Source: Burkholderiales bacterium
Lineage (GTDB): Bacteria; Pseudomonadota; Gammaproteobacteria; Burkholderiales; SG8-41
NCBI GenBank assembly: GCA_035259205.1
Contig: DATFWO010000099.1
Coordinates: 812-64,811, forward strand
Direction: 5' to 3'
DNA: 64,000 nt
Both the position numbers and the translations under genes were made by a program. This document shows, one piece after another, positions 9,858 through 19,113 of this stretch; position 1 is the stretch's first letter, and each line of letters starts with the position of its first letter. The notes under the pieces are model-generated. The model did not search any database, had not been told where the DNA came from, and saw only the letters and a list, made by a program, of their open reading frames with translations.

Positions 9858-10661
9858 ATGAAAGCCCAACTCGAAGATCTCACGTATGTCGAATTCCGCG
9901 AGCGCCTCAAGGACGACCCCGTCGTCATTGTTCCACTCGGCAGCCAGGAGGAACAGGGACCAAGCGCCCCGATGGGGGACTTCATGCTGGCCAAGGAGCT
10001 CGCCCGGCGCGTCGCTGAAAGGACCGGCGCTGTCGCCGCCCCGACCGTGCCTTTTGGTTATGCCGATTTCTTCAGGCCCATAGCGGGCGGGGTGCAACTG
10101 TCGGCGGATACCTTCAAGCACCTGCTGCGCGACATATTGGATAATTTTCTCGCGCATGGCCTGACGAAGCTCCTGATCTTCAACGGGCATACGGGGAATT
10201 CCCCTCTGATCGATCAGGTCGTAAGGACTGTGAAGCGCGAAACCGGAGTGGTCATTCCCTGGATCAACATTTGGCGCGCTCTGCCGGACAGCGTGTGGCG
10301 CAAAGCGCACGGCGACCGTGCATCCCGCGCGCGCGGCCACGGAGCGGATCCGCTGTCCTCCGCGTATTTGCACTTGTTCCCCGAGCTATACCGGGACGAT
10401 CTGGCCGAGGCCGCGACGGCAGGAGGCGCGTTGATCGGGCTGAAAACGGCTCACCTGCAAGGGCTCGTGTTCCAGGGGCTGGAAGTGAATGCGCCCGTGG
10501 ACATAACCGATCACACGCGCAACGGGATCGTCGCGGGCGATGCGACACTCGCAAGCGCAGAAGCGGGCAGGCTGTTTTCGGATTACATCGTCGAGCGCAC
10601 CGCCGAACTGGTCGATTATCTGAAGACCGTGCAGCAGCCTGTTGAGCCGAAGTCTCGCTAA
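9858..10661 (+). CDS. Creatininase family protein (creatinine amidohydrolase-like)
   Basis: 267 aa. PLGSQEEQGP, LIFNGHTGN and GHGADP motifs typical of the creatininase fold. Confidence 0.8.
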   Translation: MKAQLEDLTYVEFRERLKDDPVVIVPLGSQEEQGPSAPMGDFMLAKELARRVAERTGAVAAPTVPFGYADFFRPIAGGVQLSADTFKHLLRDILDNFLAHGLTKLLIFNGHTGNSPLIDQVVRTVKRETGVVIPWINIWRALPDSVWRKAHGDRASRARGHGADPLSSAYLHLFPELYRDDLAEAATAGGALIGLKTAHLQGLVFQGLEVNAPVDITDHTRNGIVAGDATLASAEAGRLFSDYIVERTAELVDYLKTVQQPVEPKSR

Positions 10662-10668
10662 AAGTCGA

Positions 10669-11538
10669 TCAAAGGCCGGCGCGTTCGGCGATGTAATTGC
10701 CGAGCGCAGCCCAATCCCGATCCCCATATCCGCGCGCTAGGGCAGCCAGATGCTGCTCCATCATGAGGCTCGCCGTCGGCAGCGGCACTGCCGTATCGCC
10801 GGCGGCCTGGAGCGCTAGCTCCATGTCTTTCATCCCCAGCTTCAGCGTAAAGGTTGCTTCCGGAGGCGGCTGCAGTATGCGCTGTCCGTAGAGCTTGTAG
10901 GCCGGCGCATTCATCGATGTGCTCGTGATCACGTCGAGAAACAGAGCCGGATCGCCTCCCGACTTCCGCACCAGCGCGAACGCCTCGCCCAGGCCTTCGA
11001 TGATCGCGCCGAGCAGGAAGTTGCGCGCGATCTTGACGATATTCGCATGCCACGGCTCGCTGCCCACGTTGAACCAGCGCTGCCCGAGCGCCTCGAACAA
11101 CGGCACGCAGCGACCGATCGCGGCCGCGCTGCCGCCGGCAACGATGTCGAGCTGCCCGCTCGCCGCGATTTCCGGCCGGCCGAACACCGGCGCTGAAACG
11201 TACTGACTGCCTGCTCCGCGATGTAATTCCGCGAGTCGCCGTCCCATGCGGAGACTCACTGTCGCCATGTTGAGATGCACGGTCGAAACCGGGACTCTCG
11301 CCACGAGTCCCGGCGCGACCCACACCGCGTCGACGGCGGCATCGTCGGCGAGCATGGAAAGCACGACCTCTGCGTCGAGCAGCTCAGCGGGACTATCAAC
11401 GACGAGCGCGCCGCGCGCCCGTAATGATTCGGCGGCCGCGCGCGAGCGGTTCCAGACGGCGAGTCGGTGTCCGGAGTCGAGGAGCCGGCTCGCCATGCGC
11501 CGGCCCATCTGCCCCAGGCCGATGAATCCGATTTTCAT
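10669..11538 (-). CDS. NAD(P)-dependent oxidoreductase (3-hydroxyisobutyrate dehydrogenase family)
   Basis: 289 aa. N-terminal MKIGFIGLGQMG Rossmann motif and a 6-PGDH-type NAD-binding/C-terminal domain pattern. Confidence 0.85.
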   Translation of the reverse strand: MKIGFIGLGQMGRRMASRLLDSGHRLAVWNRSRAAAESLRARGALVVDSPAELLDAEVVLSMLADDAAVDAVWVAPGLVARVPVSTVHLNMATVSLRMGRRLAELHRGAGSQYVSAPVFGRPEIAASGQLDIVAGGSAAAIGRCVPLFEALGQRWFNVGSEPWHANIVKIARNFLLGAIIEGLGEAFALVRKSGGDPALFLDVITSTSMNAPAYKLYGQRILQPPPEATFTLKLGMKDMELALQAAGDTAVPLPTASLMMEQHLAALARGYGDRDWAALGNYIAERAGL

Positions 11539-11658
11539 GGTGCACGCTCCTCCCTGCCAGGTTTCTGCGATTGTTGCTCAAAAGGAGGACGCTCCGGTAG
11601 ATGGAGCGCGATCATGAACTACAATGACATCAAGGCAGCGCTTCGAGGAGGAATCGTG

Positions 11659-12633
11659 ATGAGCATGGGTCCGGCATCCGCGGCGCGACTGGTCGCAGCG
11701 ATCGCTTTTTTGATCGCAGCCCAGGCCGGCGCCCAGACCTATCCGAACCGGCCGGTGCGCATGGTCATACCATGGCCGGCGGGCGGCATCACGGACGTGA
11801 TCGCGCGCGGAGTGAACCTACAGCTCACCGAAGCACTCGGCCAGCAGATCATCATCGATAATCGGCCCGGAGCGGGAGGAACGATAGGTGCGGCTCTCGT
11901 GGCCAAAGCCAATCCCGATGGCTACACCGTGCTCATGCACGATGTCGCGAGCCACTGCATCTCCGCGACGCTCTATACGGGCTTGCCCTACGACAATCTG
12001 AAGGATTTCGAGCCCATAGCCCTGGTCGCGGGATCGCCCATGGTCCTGGTCGTCCATCCGTCCCTCAACGTGCGCACTGTGGCGCAGTTGATCAAGCTTG
12101 CGAAAGCCAAACCCGGGAGCATCAACTACGCTTCTTCCGGGGCCGGCGCCATCACTCATCTTGCGGCGGTCAGGTTGGAGCGCATGGCCGGCATCAAACT
12201 CGTGCACGTGCCGTTCAAGGGCAGCATCCCGGCAGCAACCTCGGTCATGAACGGCGAAACCTCCATGTCCTTTTCCACCATCCCGGCGGCGCTGCCGCAT
12301 GCGAAGACCGGCCGGCTGGTGATGATAGCGACCTCGTTTGCCAAGCGCTCGCCGCAGTTGCCGGAGCTTCCCGCGATAGCGGAAACTCTGGGTGATTTCG
12401 ATCTGGGCTTGTATTCAGGTCTGTGGACGCCGAAGGGCACGCCGGGGCCGGTCATCCAGCGCCTGCACGCCGAGACCATGGCGGCGCTGGAACATCCCAA
12501 GGTCAAGGAGATACTGGCCACCGTTTCCGCTGTCCGCGGGACCATGACGCCGGACCAATACGGAGCCTACGTGGCAAAAGAAACGCGGGCGTGGGGCGAA
12601 GTCGTCCGCGCCTCCGGTCTCAAAGCCAATTGA
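11659..12633 (+). CDS. Bug/TctC-family substrate-binding protein
   Basis: Start chosen at the ATG 6 nt after gaggagga (11645-11652). Signal peptide MSMGPASAARLVAAIAFLIAAQAGA, then TYPNRPVRMVIPWPAGG. The ORF-track start at 11467 is an upstream extension. Confidence 0.85.
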   Translation: MSMGPASAARLVAAIAFLIAAQAGAQTYPNRPVRMVIPWPAGGITDVIARGVNLQLTEALGQQIIIDNRPGAGGTIGAALVAKANPDGYTVLMHDVASHCISATLYTGLPYDNLKDFEPIALVAGSPMVLVVHPSLNVRTVAQLIKLAKAKPGSINYASSGAGAITHLAAVRLERMAGIKLVHVPFKGSIPAATSVMNGETSMSFSTIPAALPHAKTGRLVMIATSFAKRSPQLPELPAIAETLGDFDLGLYSGLWTPKGTPGPVIQRLHAETMAALEHPKVKEILATVSAVRGTMTPDQYGAYVAKETRAWGEVVRASGLKAN

Positions 12634-12703
12634 GTGACGGGTGACAAGAGCCGCGCTGCTTACCCATCATTCCACCCACTCATCACGCCTCCTAGAGAGA
12701 ACA

Positions 12704-13498
12704 ATGGATCTCGGAATCAAGGGCAGGTCGGCGATCGTGACCGGCGGCAGCCGAGGAATCGGCAGGGAAACGGCACGGCAGTTCCTCGAAGAGGGCGTGC
12801 GGGTGACGATCTGCGGGCGCAACGCGGAGACCCTGGAGCGCACCCGCGCCGAGCTCGCGCTGGCGACCGGGGGAGAGATACAAGCGGTCGCCGCCGACAT
12901 GCTGAAGCCCGAGGACATCGAGCGCCTCGTCGAGGCCGCCAAAAAACGCTACGGCGGCGTCGACATCCTCGTGAACAATGCGGGCCAGATGTACTCCGGC
13001 CGATTCGCCGTGATGACCGACGCGGGCCTGAAGGAGCAGCTGGAGACCAAGCTCTTCGGATTCCTGCGGGCGATCCGGCTGGTCCATCCCCTGATGAAGG
13101 CGCAGCGCTGGGGACGTATCGTCAACCTGATCGGCGGCGCCGGCAAGGAGCCGGATCCGTACATGTTCGGCAGCGGGATCACCAACAGCGGGCTGCTCAA
13201 CATCACCAAATCGCTCTCCACCGAGTTCGGAGAAGACAACGTGCTCGTGAACGCCGTCTGCCCCGGCTGGGTCGACACCAACCTCTGGCGCCGCAACGCG
13301 CAGGGGCTGGCGGCAGAGTTGGGCGCAAAAAGCGAAGAAGACGCGCGGCGACAAGCTGCGCGGAAGAACTCACTCAACCGGTTTGGCAAGCCCGAAGAGC
13401 TCGCCAACGCGATCGTCTTTCTGTGTTCGGAGCGCGCGAGCTATATCACGGGGATTTCGCTCAACCTGGACGGCGGGAGACTCAAGTCGCTCTGGTAG
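12704..13498 (+). CDS. SDR family oxidoreductase
   Basis: TGGSRGIG cofactor motif near the N-terminus, NNAG motif, length typical of classical SDRs. Start trimmed to MDLGIKGRSAIVTGG. Confidence 0.85.
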   Translation: MDLGIKGRSAIVTGGSRGIGRETARQFLEEGVRVTICGRNAETLERTRAELALATGGEIQAVAADMLKPEDIERLVEAAKKRYGGVDILVNNAGQMYSGRFAVMTDAGLKEQLETKLFGFLRAIRLVHPLMKAQRWGRIVNLIGGAGKEPDPYMFGSGITNSGLLNITKSLSTEFGEDNVLVNAVCPGWVDTNLWRRNAQGLAAELGAKSEEDARRQAARKNSLNRFGKPEELANAIVFLCSERASYITGISLNLDGGRLKSLW

Positions 13499-13597
13499 CG
13501 GCGTTGACGCACCGCAAGCGGTATGGTTGACTCGCCCGCTGGATGTGGAAGTGGGCCAAGGAGGAGAGATGCACTCAAATCAAAGGAGCGCGCGGCG

Positions 13598-14497
13598 ATG
13601 AAATCCATGCGCGCGCGCAACATGACGTTCTGCACGCTGGCCGGCGGCACCCTCGGGCTGAGGACGGAGCGCGGTATCCTGGACGTAGCCAGGGCGTCCA
13701 GCCTGTTTCGGATCAGCGCGCCATCGGATGTACACGCCGTCGTCGAAGGGGCCGACTGCTCGCCGCTCCTGAAGCTGGCGGGTAAGGCGTTGAACGACAA
13801 GCGCGCCAAGGGCGTGCTGATTCCGGAAGCGCGTGCCAGGTTCGGCCCGGCCGTTCCGCGTCCCGGCAAGATCATCTGCGTCGGGCTCAACTATCGCCAG
13901 CACGCGCAGGAAACCGGTAATCCGATACCGCCGGTGCCCATCCTATTCAACAAGTACAACAACGCCCTCGTCGGCCATCGCGGGAAGATCCCGCTGCCGA
14001 CGAAGGTGTCTTCGCAGTTCGACTACGAGGTCGAGCTGGTCGTAGTGATCGGCAGGAAAGCGCACGAGGTATCCGAGGAGCAGGCGCTGTCGTATGTCTT
14101 CGGTTACGCGAACGGCAACGATTTCTCGGCGCGCGACTTGATGCGCGCCAGCAGCCAGCTCATGCTCGGCAAGACGTGCGACGGATTCGCACCGCTCGGT
14201 CCCTGGGTGGTGAGCGCGGACCAGATTGCCGATCCGCAGAATCTGAAGATTGCCACTTATGTCAACGGCGAGCAGCGCCAGAACTCGAACACGGCCGACA
14301 TGATCTACGGCTGCGCGCAGATCGTGAGCTACTGTTCGCGCCACATGACCCTGCTGCCGGGCGACATCATTTACACCGGTACGCCGCAGGGCGTGATTCT
14401 GGGCTATCCGCCCGGGAAGCAGGTGTGGCTCAAAGCCGGCGACAAGGTGGTGACCGAAGTCGAGAAATGCGGGTCGCTCGAGGTGACGCTGGTCTGA
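13598..14497 (+). CDS. Fumarylacetoacetate hydrolase (FAH) family protein
   Basis: C-terminal FAH domain (KIICVGLNY..H, FDYEVELVVVIG, ND.SARD, GDIIYTGTPQGV). Start trimmed to the ATG after aaaggag (13582-13588). Confidence 0.85.
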   Translation: MKSMRARNMTFCTLAGGTLGLRTERGILDVARASSLFRISAPSDVHAVVEGADCSPLLKLAGKALNDKRAKGVLIPEARARFGPAVPRPGKIICVGLNYRQHAQETGNPIPPVPILFNKYNNALVGHRGKIPLPTKVSSQFDYEVELVVVIGRKAHEVSEEQALSYVFGYANGNDFSARDLMRASSQLMLGKTCDGFAPLGPWVVSADQIADPQNLKIATYVNGEQRQNSNTADMIYGCAQIVSYCSRHMTLLPGDIIYTGTPQGVILGYPPGKQVWLKAGDKVVTEVEKCGSLEVTLV

Positions 14498-14500
14498 CCG

Positions 14501-15568
14501 CTACTCCTGCGCCTTCTGCAGCCTGCGCTGCGTCACGGCCTCGGCCAGAGACTCCAGCAGCTGCTTGCTGTCATCCCATCCGATACAGCCATCGGTAATA
14601 CTCTGGCCGTAGACGAGGGGCTTGCCGGGAATCAGATCCTGCCGGCCGGACTGAAGGTGACTTTCGGCCATAATTCCCACGATGCGCGCATCCCCCGCCG
14701 CGATCTGCTTCGCGACGTCCATCCCTGCTTCGATCTGTTTCTCGAATTGCTTCGACGAATTCGCGTGGCTCAGGTCGATCATCAGGTTTTGCGCCAGCCC
14801 GGCGTCGCCCAACGCCTTGCACGCGGCGTCGACGCTGGCAGCGTCGTAATTCGGTGCTTTCCCGCCGCGCATCACGATGTGGCAGTCCGCGTTACCGGTG
14901 GTTTTCACGATCGCGCAGGTTCCGGCCTTGGTAACCCCCATGAAATGATGCGGCGCCCGTGCGGCTCGAATCGCATCCACGGCGATACGCACGTTGCCGT
15001 CCGTGCCGTTCTTGAAGCCGACCGGACACGATATACCCGACGCCAGCTCGCGATGTATCTGGCTTTCCGTCGTGCGCGCGCCGATCGCCCCCCAGGACAC
15101 GAGATCCGCGATGTACTGCGGTGTCACCATATCGAGAAACTCGCAGGCTACCGGCATGCCCGCCTTGTTCAGCTCGAGCAGGAGTTGCCGCGCCGTTCTC
15201 AGGCCGTCGTTGATGCGGAAGCTGCCGTCCAGGCCGGGATCGTTGATCAATCCCTTCCACCCGACCGTCGTACGCGGTTTCTCGAAATAAACGCGCATCA
15301 GAACGAGCAGGTCGTCGGCCAGGCGGTGCTTCACTTCCAGCAGCCTGTCGCCGTAGTCCCGGGCGGCCTTTACGTCGTGTATGGAGCACGGCCCGATGAT
15401 GATGACGAGTCTGTCGTCCGCTCCATGCAGTATCCGGTGTATGGCATGCCGCGCCTCGGCGACCACCCGGTTCGCCTTGGAGGTCAGCGCGAATTCACGC
15501 AGGATCTGGGACGGAGGCGTCAGCTCCTCGATTCCCCGCACGCGTACATCGTCCAGGTTCTCTTCCAT
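14501..15568 (-). CDS. aroG: 3-deoxy-7-phosphoheptulonate (DAHP) synthase, class I
   Basis: 355 aa with the class I-alpha signature (LVIIIGPCSIHD, KPRTTVGWKGLINDP, GARTTESQ.HRE, GFKNGTDG). Isozyme (aroF/G/H) cannot be decided from sequence alone. Confidence 0.9.
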   Translation of the reverse strand: MEENLDDVRVRGIEELTPPSQILREFALTSKANRVVAEARHAIHRILHGADDRLVIIIGPCSIHDVKAARDYGDRLLEVKHRLADDLLVLMRVYFEKPRTTVGWKGLINDPGLDGSFRINDGLRTARQLLLELNKAGMPVACEFLDMVTPQYIADLVSWGAIGARTTESQIHRELASGISCPVGFKNGTDGNVRIAVDAIRAARAPHHFMGVTKAGTCAIVKTTGNADCHIVMRGGKAPNYDAASVDAACKALGDAGLAQNLMIDLSHANSSKQFEKQIEAGMDVAKQIAAGDARIVGIMAESHLQSGRQDLIPGKPLVYGQSITDGCIGWDDSKQLLESLAEAVTQRRLQKAQE

Positions 15569-15782
15569 GCGAAGCCGTCTCGAGTGTGGGTATGAAAGTA
15601 TGATACCTCAATGTCGACAGTGATTGCCCTCTCGCACCATGCTCAGCCGCGGGACCGGCACTCGCGCCCGCGTTGCGCGCGGTCGCCGGCATGCGGCTCC
15701 GCCTTGCCAGCCGTAGTCTTGCAGGGAACAATAGCGCCACACCGCCTCGGCAGCATGTTTCGCGCGAGAGGAGGACCAGAGC

Positions 15783-16016
15783 ATGTTTGCAATCGTCTGT
15801 AATGCTGACGGGTTTCCGGTGAGCCGGCGGGTTGGAGGCGATACTGATCTCGTCGTGACCTGGGTTTCGCAGGCAGCGGCCAAGGCTTTTCTCTCCGCCA
15901 AGGGGATAGAGGCCGACTACCAGGTGGTCGCGCTCACCGATGACTCTCTGAATCGCATGGCGCAAGCCATGGGATGCCCGGCCGAGGCAATCGCGTTCGA
16001 CGCGTATCCCGGTTAG
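15783..16016 (+). CDS. Hypothetical small protein (77 aa)
   Basis: ATG preceded by gagaggagg. Composition looks coding rather than Arg/Pro-rich shadow. No family recognised. Confidence 0.45.
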   Translation: MFAIVCNADGFPVSRRVGGDTDLVVTWVSQAAAKAFLSAKGIEADYQVVALTDDSLNRMAQAMGCPAEAIAFDAYPG

Positions 16017-16034
16017 GCGCACCGCCGGGTCGAG

Positions 16035-17450
16035 CTACCGGACATGGGCAAGAGCGGCGAGATGATCGGCCGTGCGCAACCCCATCGCGGCTGATTTCGC
16101 CAGGCCACCGACGTAGCCGGCATTGGGTCCGCCGTCCAGGCCGCCGGTGCAGCAGCCAGCCGCATACAAACCCGGGATCGCGACGTTCTGCCCGTTCAAC
16201 ACGCGCCCCACATCGTCAGTGGCAATTCCGCCCATCGTAAAGGTGATACCCGCGCACAAGGGCAGGGCATAGTAGGGCGGCTGCTTGATCGGATAAGGTT
16301 TGTAGGAGATTGCCGTACGTGGCGGTGCAAGGCGCGCGGATTGATCCGCGGCCAGCGCGGCATTGTATTCGGCGATCGTCGCTTCCAGGGCTCCCGCCGG
16401 CAATCCCAGTTCGACGCCCAGCGATCGCAGGTCTTGCGCCTTGTGAATTTTCGCGCCGCCCGCAATCAGATGCGGATTGGCCGGCAGCACATGCCCGTGT
16501 CCGGGGCCGTTCCAGATCGCCTCGTCGTACACGAGCACCGCCGACAGCGGATCGGCGAGCCGGGCGAGCTGATTGGTCATGTAGACCCCGCCCAGCCCTT
16601 CGTCCACGAATCTGCGTCCCGCCGCATCGACGAGAATACCGGCGGTGCACACAAAATCGACCATGGGATAAGGCCATAACGCATCGTTGTGCATGGCGTC
16701 GCGGGCGAGCAGGTGCCCATAGAATCGGTCCATGCCGACGAGCTGTGCGCCAACTTCGCGCGCCATTTGCAGCGCATCGCCGTTGCCGGTGCCGGCGTTG
16801 CGCTGCTTGAGCTTCTCGGGCTTCGGCATGACGTATTCGCGCAGCAGCGCCAAATTCGCCTGGAATCCGCCATCGCATAAGACGACGCTGCGCGCATCGA
16901 CGCTCACGGCCCGGCCCTGATATTCCGTTTCGAGTCCGACGCAACGAACGCCGTCCATGCGCAGCCGTTTCGCGCTCGCCCCGCGCAATAGCCTTCCACC
17001 GCCGTTTTCCAGAGCCCTCGCGAGCGTCTGCATCAGCACGTCGGCCCCGCGCCCCGGCCAGTTCAAGCCAGGCTTCGCAGGGAGCGCCGGCGCGAGAGTA
17101 TTCTCGCGAAACGTATCCTGCCCGCCCTTGATGAACTGGATTCCCTTGCCCTTGAGCCACTGCACCGCGGTGCGCGTGTCCCTGGCTACGGCTGCCGCGA
17201 GCTCGGCTTTTGCGAACCCGCGCGTGTTTTGCCTGATCGCTTCCACCAGTCGGGCTTCGTCGTCGTTGACGTGGTGAAAGCAGATGTGGAATACGCCGCC
17301 GGAAAAGCGCGCGTTGCATGGGTAGTGCTCATCCCTGCCCTTTTCGAGAACCATTACCGGCACACCGTGGTCTGCAAGACGCAGCGCAGTGCTGAGTCCG
17401 GCAAGTCCCCCGCCGACTATGGCAACCTCGCATTTTTCGATCCCGTTCAC
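16035..17450 (-). CDS. FAD-dependent oxidoreductase (fumarate reductase/succinate dehydrogenase flavoprotein-like)
   Basis: N-terminal VAIVGGGLAGLS dinucleotide-binding motif and C-terminal GLYAAG.C.GG motif of FAD_binding_2 proteins. Confidence 0.8.
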   Translation of the reverse strand: MNGIEKCEVAIVGGGLAGLSTALRLADHGVPVMVLEKGRDEHYPCNARFSGGVFHICFHHVNDDEARLVEAIRQNTRGFAKAELAAAVARDTRTAVQWLKGKGIQFIKGGQDTFRENTLAPALPAKPGLNWPGRGADVLMQTLARALENGGGRLLRGASAKRLRMDGVRCVGLETEYQGRAVSVDARSVVLCDGGFQANLALLREYVMPKPEKLKQRNAGTGNGDALQMAREVGAQLVGMDRFYGHLLARDAMHNDALWPYPMVDFVCTAGILVDAAGRRFVDEGLGGVYMTNQLARLADPLSAVLVYDEAIWNGPGHGHVLPANPHLIAGGAKIHKAQDLRSLGVELGLPAGALEATIAEYNAALAADQSARLAPPRTAISYKPYPIKQPPYYALPLCAGITFTMGGIATDDVGRVLNGQNVAIPGLYAAGCCTGGLDGGPNAGYVGGLAKSAAMGLRTADHLAALAHVR

Positions 17451-17944
17451 GCCGGTCTATCCAACCGCAATGCGCGCGGCGCCCAACCCGATCGCCGGGC
17501 TCCCTCGAATTAATATTGACGCGGATTTATTCCTCGAGCGTCCTGACGCAGCGCAGGCCGCCGATATTTGAGCGCCTGCGCATGCTGCGCTTCAATATAG
17601 CATGAAGCCACGCGGCTCATCGGATACTCGAGGTCACTTTTACACCGCTATTTCGCCGCGCATTCTTGGTACTGTAGAATTTCCGAGCCGGTCTGTAATG
17701 GGGAGGAACCCAACCCGGATAGGACTTGCGCCGCCTGCAGGACGGAACGTGGCAGGATAAGCTGCGTCCGTATCGGGAGGTGTAACGGCGTGAGGATGCC
17801 CGGCTTCGGCTTCGGAGTGCTTCGACTTCCCGGCGGCGAGAGGAACGCCGTCCGGTTTCCACACTGAGCGGCGGCGAGCAGGTTTAACCACGTTTGTGGG
17901 CGTGGACACACCGGATCATTTCCGGCAGCAACGAGAGAGTTTGT

Positions 17945-19084
17945 ATGCTCACGATGTGGCATGTTGTTCATCGGGCCGTGCACGCGGGCGCTGTCGTGGC
18001 GCTGCTCCTCGCCGTCGCCGGCTGCGGGAAAGGCGGTGCGCCCGACTCGGAAAAAAAATCCGCGTCCGCCGGCGGCGTCGCCGCGAAGCCACTCCAGCTT
18101 TCCACCGTCCAGAAGCAGTTCCTGACGATAGAACCGGTAGGCGCCTCCGACGCGGCCGGCGTGCTCGCGCTGCCGGGTCGGGTGACATTTCGGCCACAGG
18201 CGCAATCCGCCGTCGGTGCGACTACGGCGGGTCGCGTGGTCGCATTGCTGGTGCGCACCGGCGAAGTGGTCAAAGCCGGTGCGCCGCTGCTCACGATCGA
18301 GAGCGCCGATGCCGCCGGCGCGCGCGCGGCGCTGGATCAGGCAACGACGAGGCTGGCGGTCGCGGAGAGCGTGTACCGGCGCCATCTCGAAATGATGGAA
18401 AAAGGCGTCGGCCTCGAGGTCGAGCGGCAGGAAGCCGAGGCGCGGCTGAAAGAAGCGCGCACCGAGCTCGCGCGGGCCCGGCAGTCGGTCAGCGTCGTCG
18501 GCGCCGGTGAGGGTAATCGAGTCACGGTGCGGGCGCCATCCAACGGCATCGTCATGTCGATACGGGTTGCACTCGGCGCAACGGTCGCGCCGGGCGGCGA
18601 GGCGCTTCTCGAGCTGGGCGACCCGACCCGTCTGCAGGTGGTTGCGCAGGTGCCGGAAAGCGACCTGGGCCGCGTATCCGCAGGCCAGGAGGCCGAGATC
18701 GAATTGCCTGCTCTAGCTGCCCGCGTCGCGGGACGGGTCGAGAACTTCAATCCGCGCGTGGAACCCGAGTCGCGGCGGGCGCAGGTGTACCTCGCGCTCA
18801 CACAGCCTGTCGATGGCATGCGCGCAGGCATGCTGGCGCAGGTCAGGTTGCGCGTGGGCGCGGAGCCCGGCATCACGGTCCCCGTGACGGCGGTGCTGAT
18901 CAAGGAGGGCAAGCGCCGGGTGGTCTACGTAGAACGGCCGGACGGAAGCTTCGAGTTGCGCGAGGTGGAGATCGGCCGCAACCAGGAGGGCCGCGTAGTC
19001 GTGCTCAAGGGTCTGTCGCGCGGTGAGAGAGTAGTCGTGCGTGGCGCGCTGTTGCTCGACACCCAGGCAGAGCAGCTGCTCTAG
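17945..19084 (+). CDS. Efflux RND transporter periplasmic adaptor subunit (CzcB/CusB-like)
   Basis: Lipoprotein-type signal (LLLAVAGCGKG), HlyD-like coiled-coil and beta-barrel regions. Immediately upstream of the RND pump. Start trimmed to MLTMWH. Confidence 0.85.
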   Translation: MLTMWHVVHRAVHAGAVVALLLAVAGCGKGGAPDSEKKSASAGGVAAKPLQLSTVQKQFLTIEPVGASDAAGVLALPGRVTFRPQAQSAVGATTAGRVVALLVRTGEVVKAGAPLLTIESADAAGARAALDQATTRLAVAESVYRRHLEMMEKGVGLEVERQEAEARLKEARTELARARQSVSVVGAGEGNRVTVRAPSNGIVMSIRVALGATVAPGGEALLELGDPTRLQVVAQVPESDLGRVSAGQEAEIELPALAARVAGRVENFNPRVEPESRRAQVYLALTQPVDGMRAGMLAQVRLRVGAEPGITVPVTAVLIKEGKRRVVYVERPDGSFELREVEIGRNQEGRVVVLKGLSRGERVVVRGALLLDTQAEQLL

Positions 19085-19113
19085 CGGTATGCCGGACCCA
19101 TAGTCCTAGTCCC

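Noticed and set aside
11467-11658. Long N-terminal extensions given by the ORF track. Examples are 11467, 12641, 13523, 17894, 25191, 27213, 35936-36157, 36775-36963, 37576, 43775-43852, 47926, 53701-54072, 54741-54878 and 54688.
   Set aside because: The extensions are Arg/Pro-rich, lack homology-like sequence and run through spacer repeats. Internal starts give canonical N-termini (signal peptides, Rossmann motifs), often with an SD.
17451-17944. Calling a known riboswitch or sRNA gene upstream of the RND efflux operon.
   Set aside because: I could not match NiCo, yybP-ykoY, cobalamin or other consensus elements by eye. Reported only as an unexplained long leader, not as a feature.
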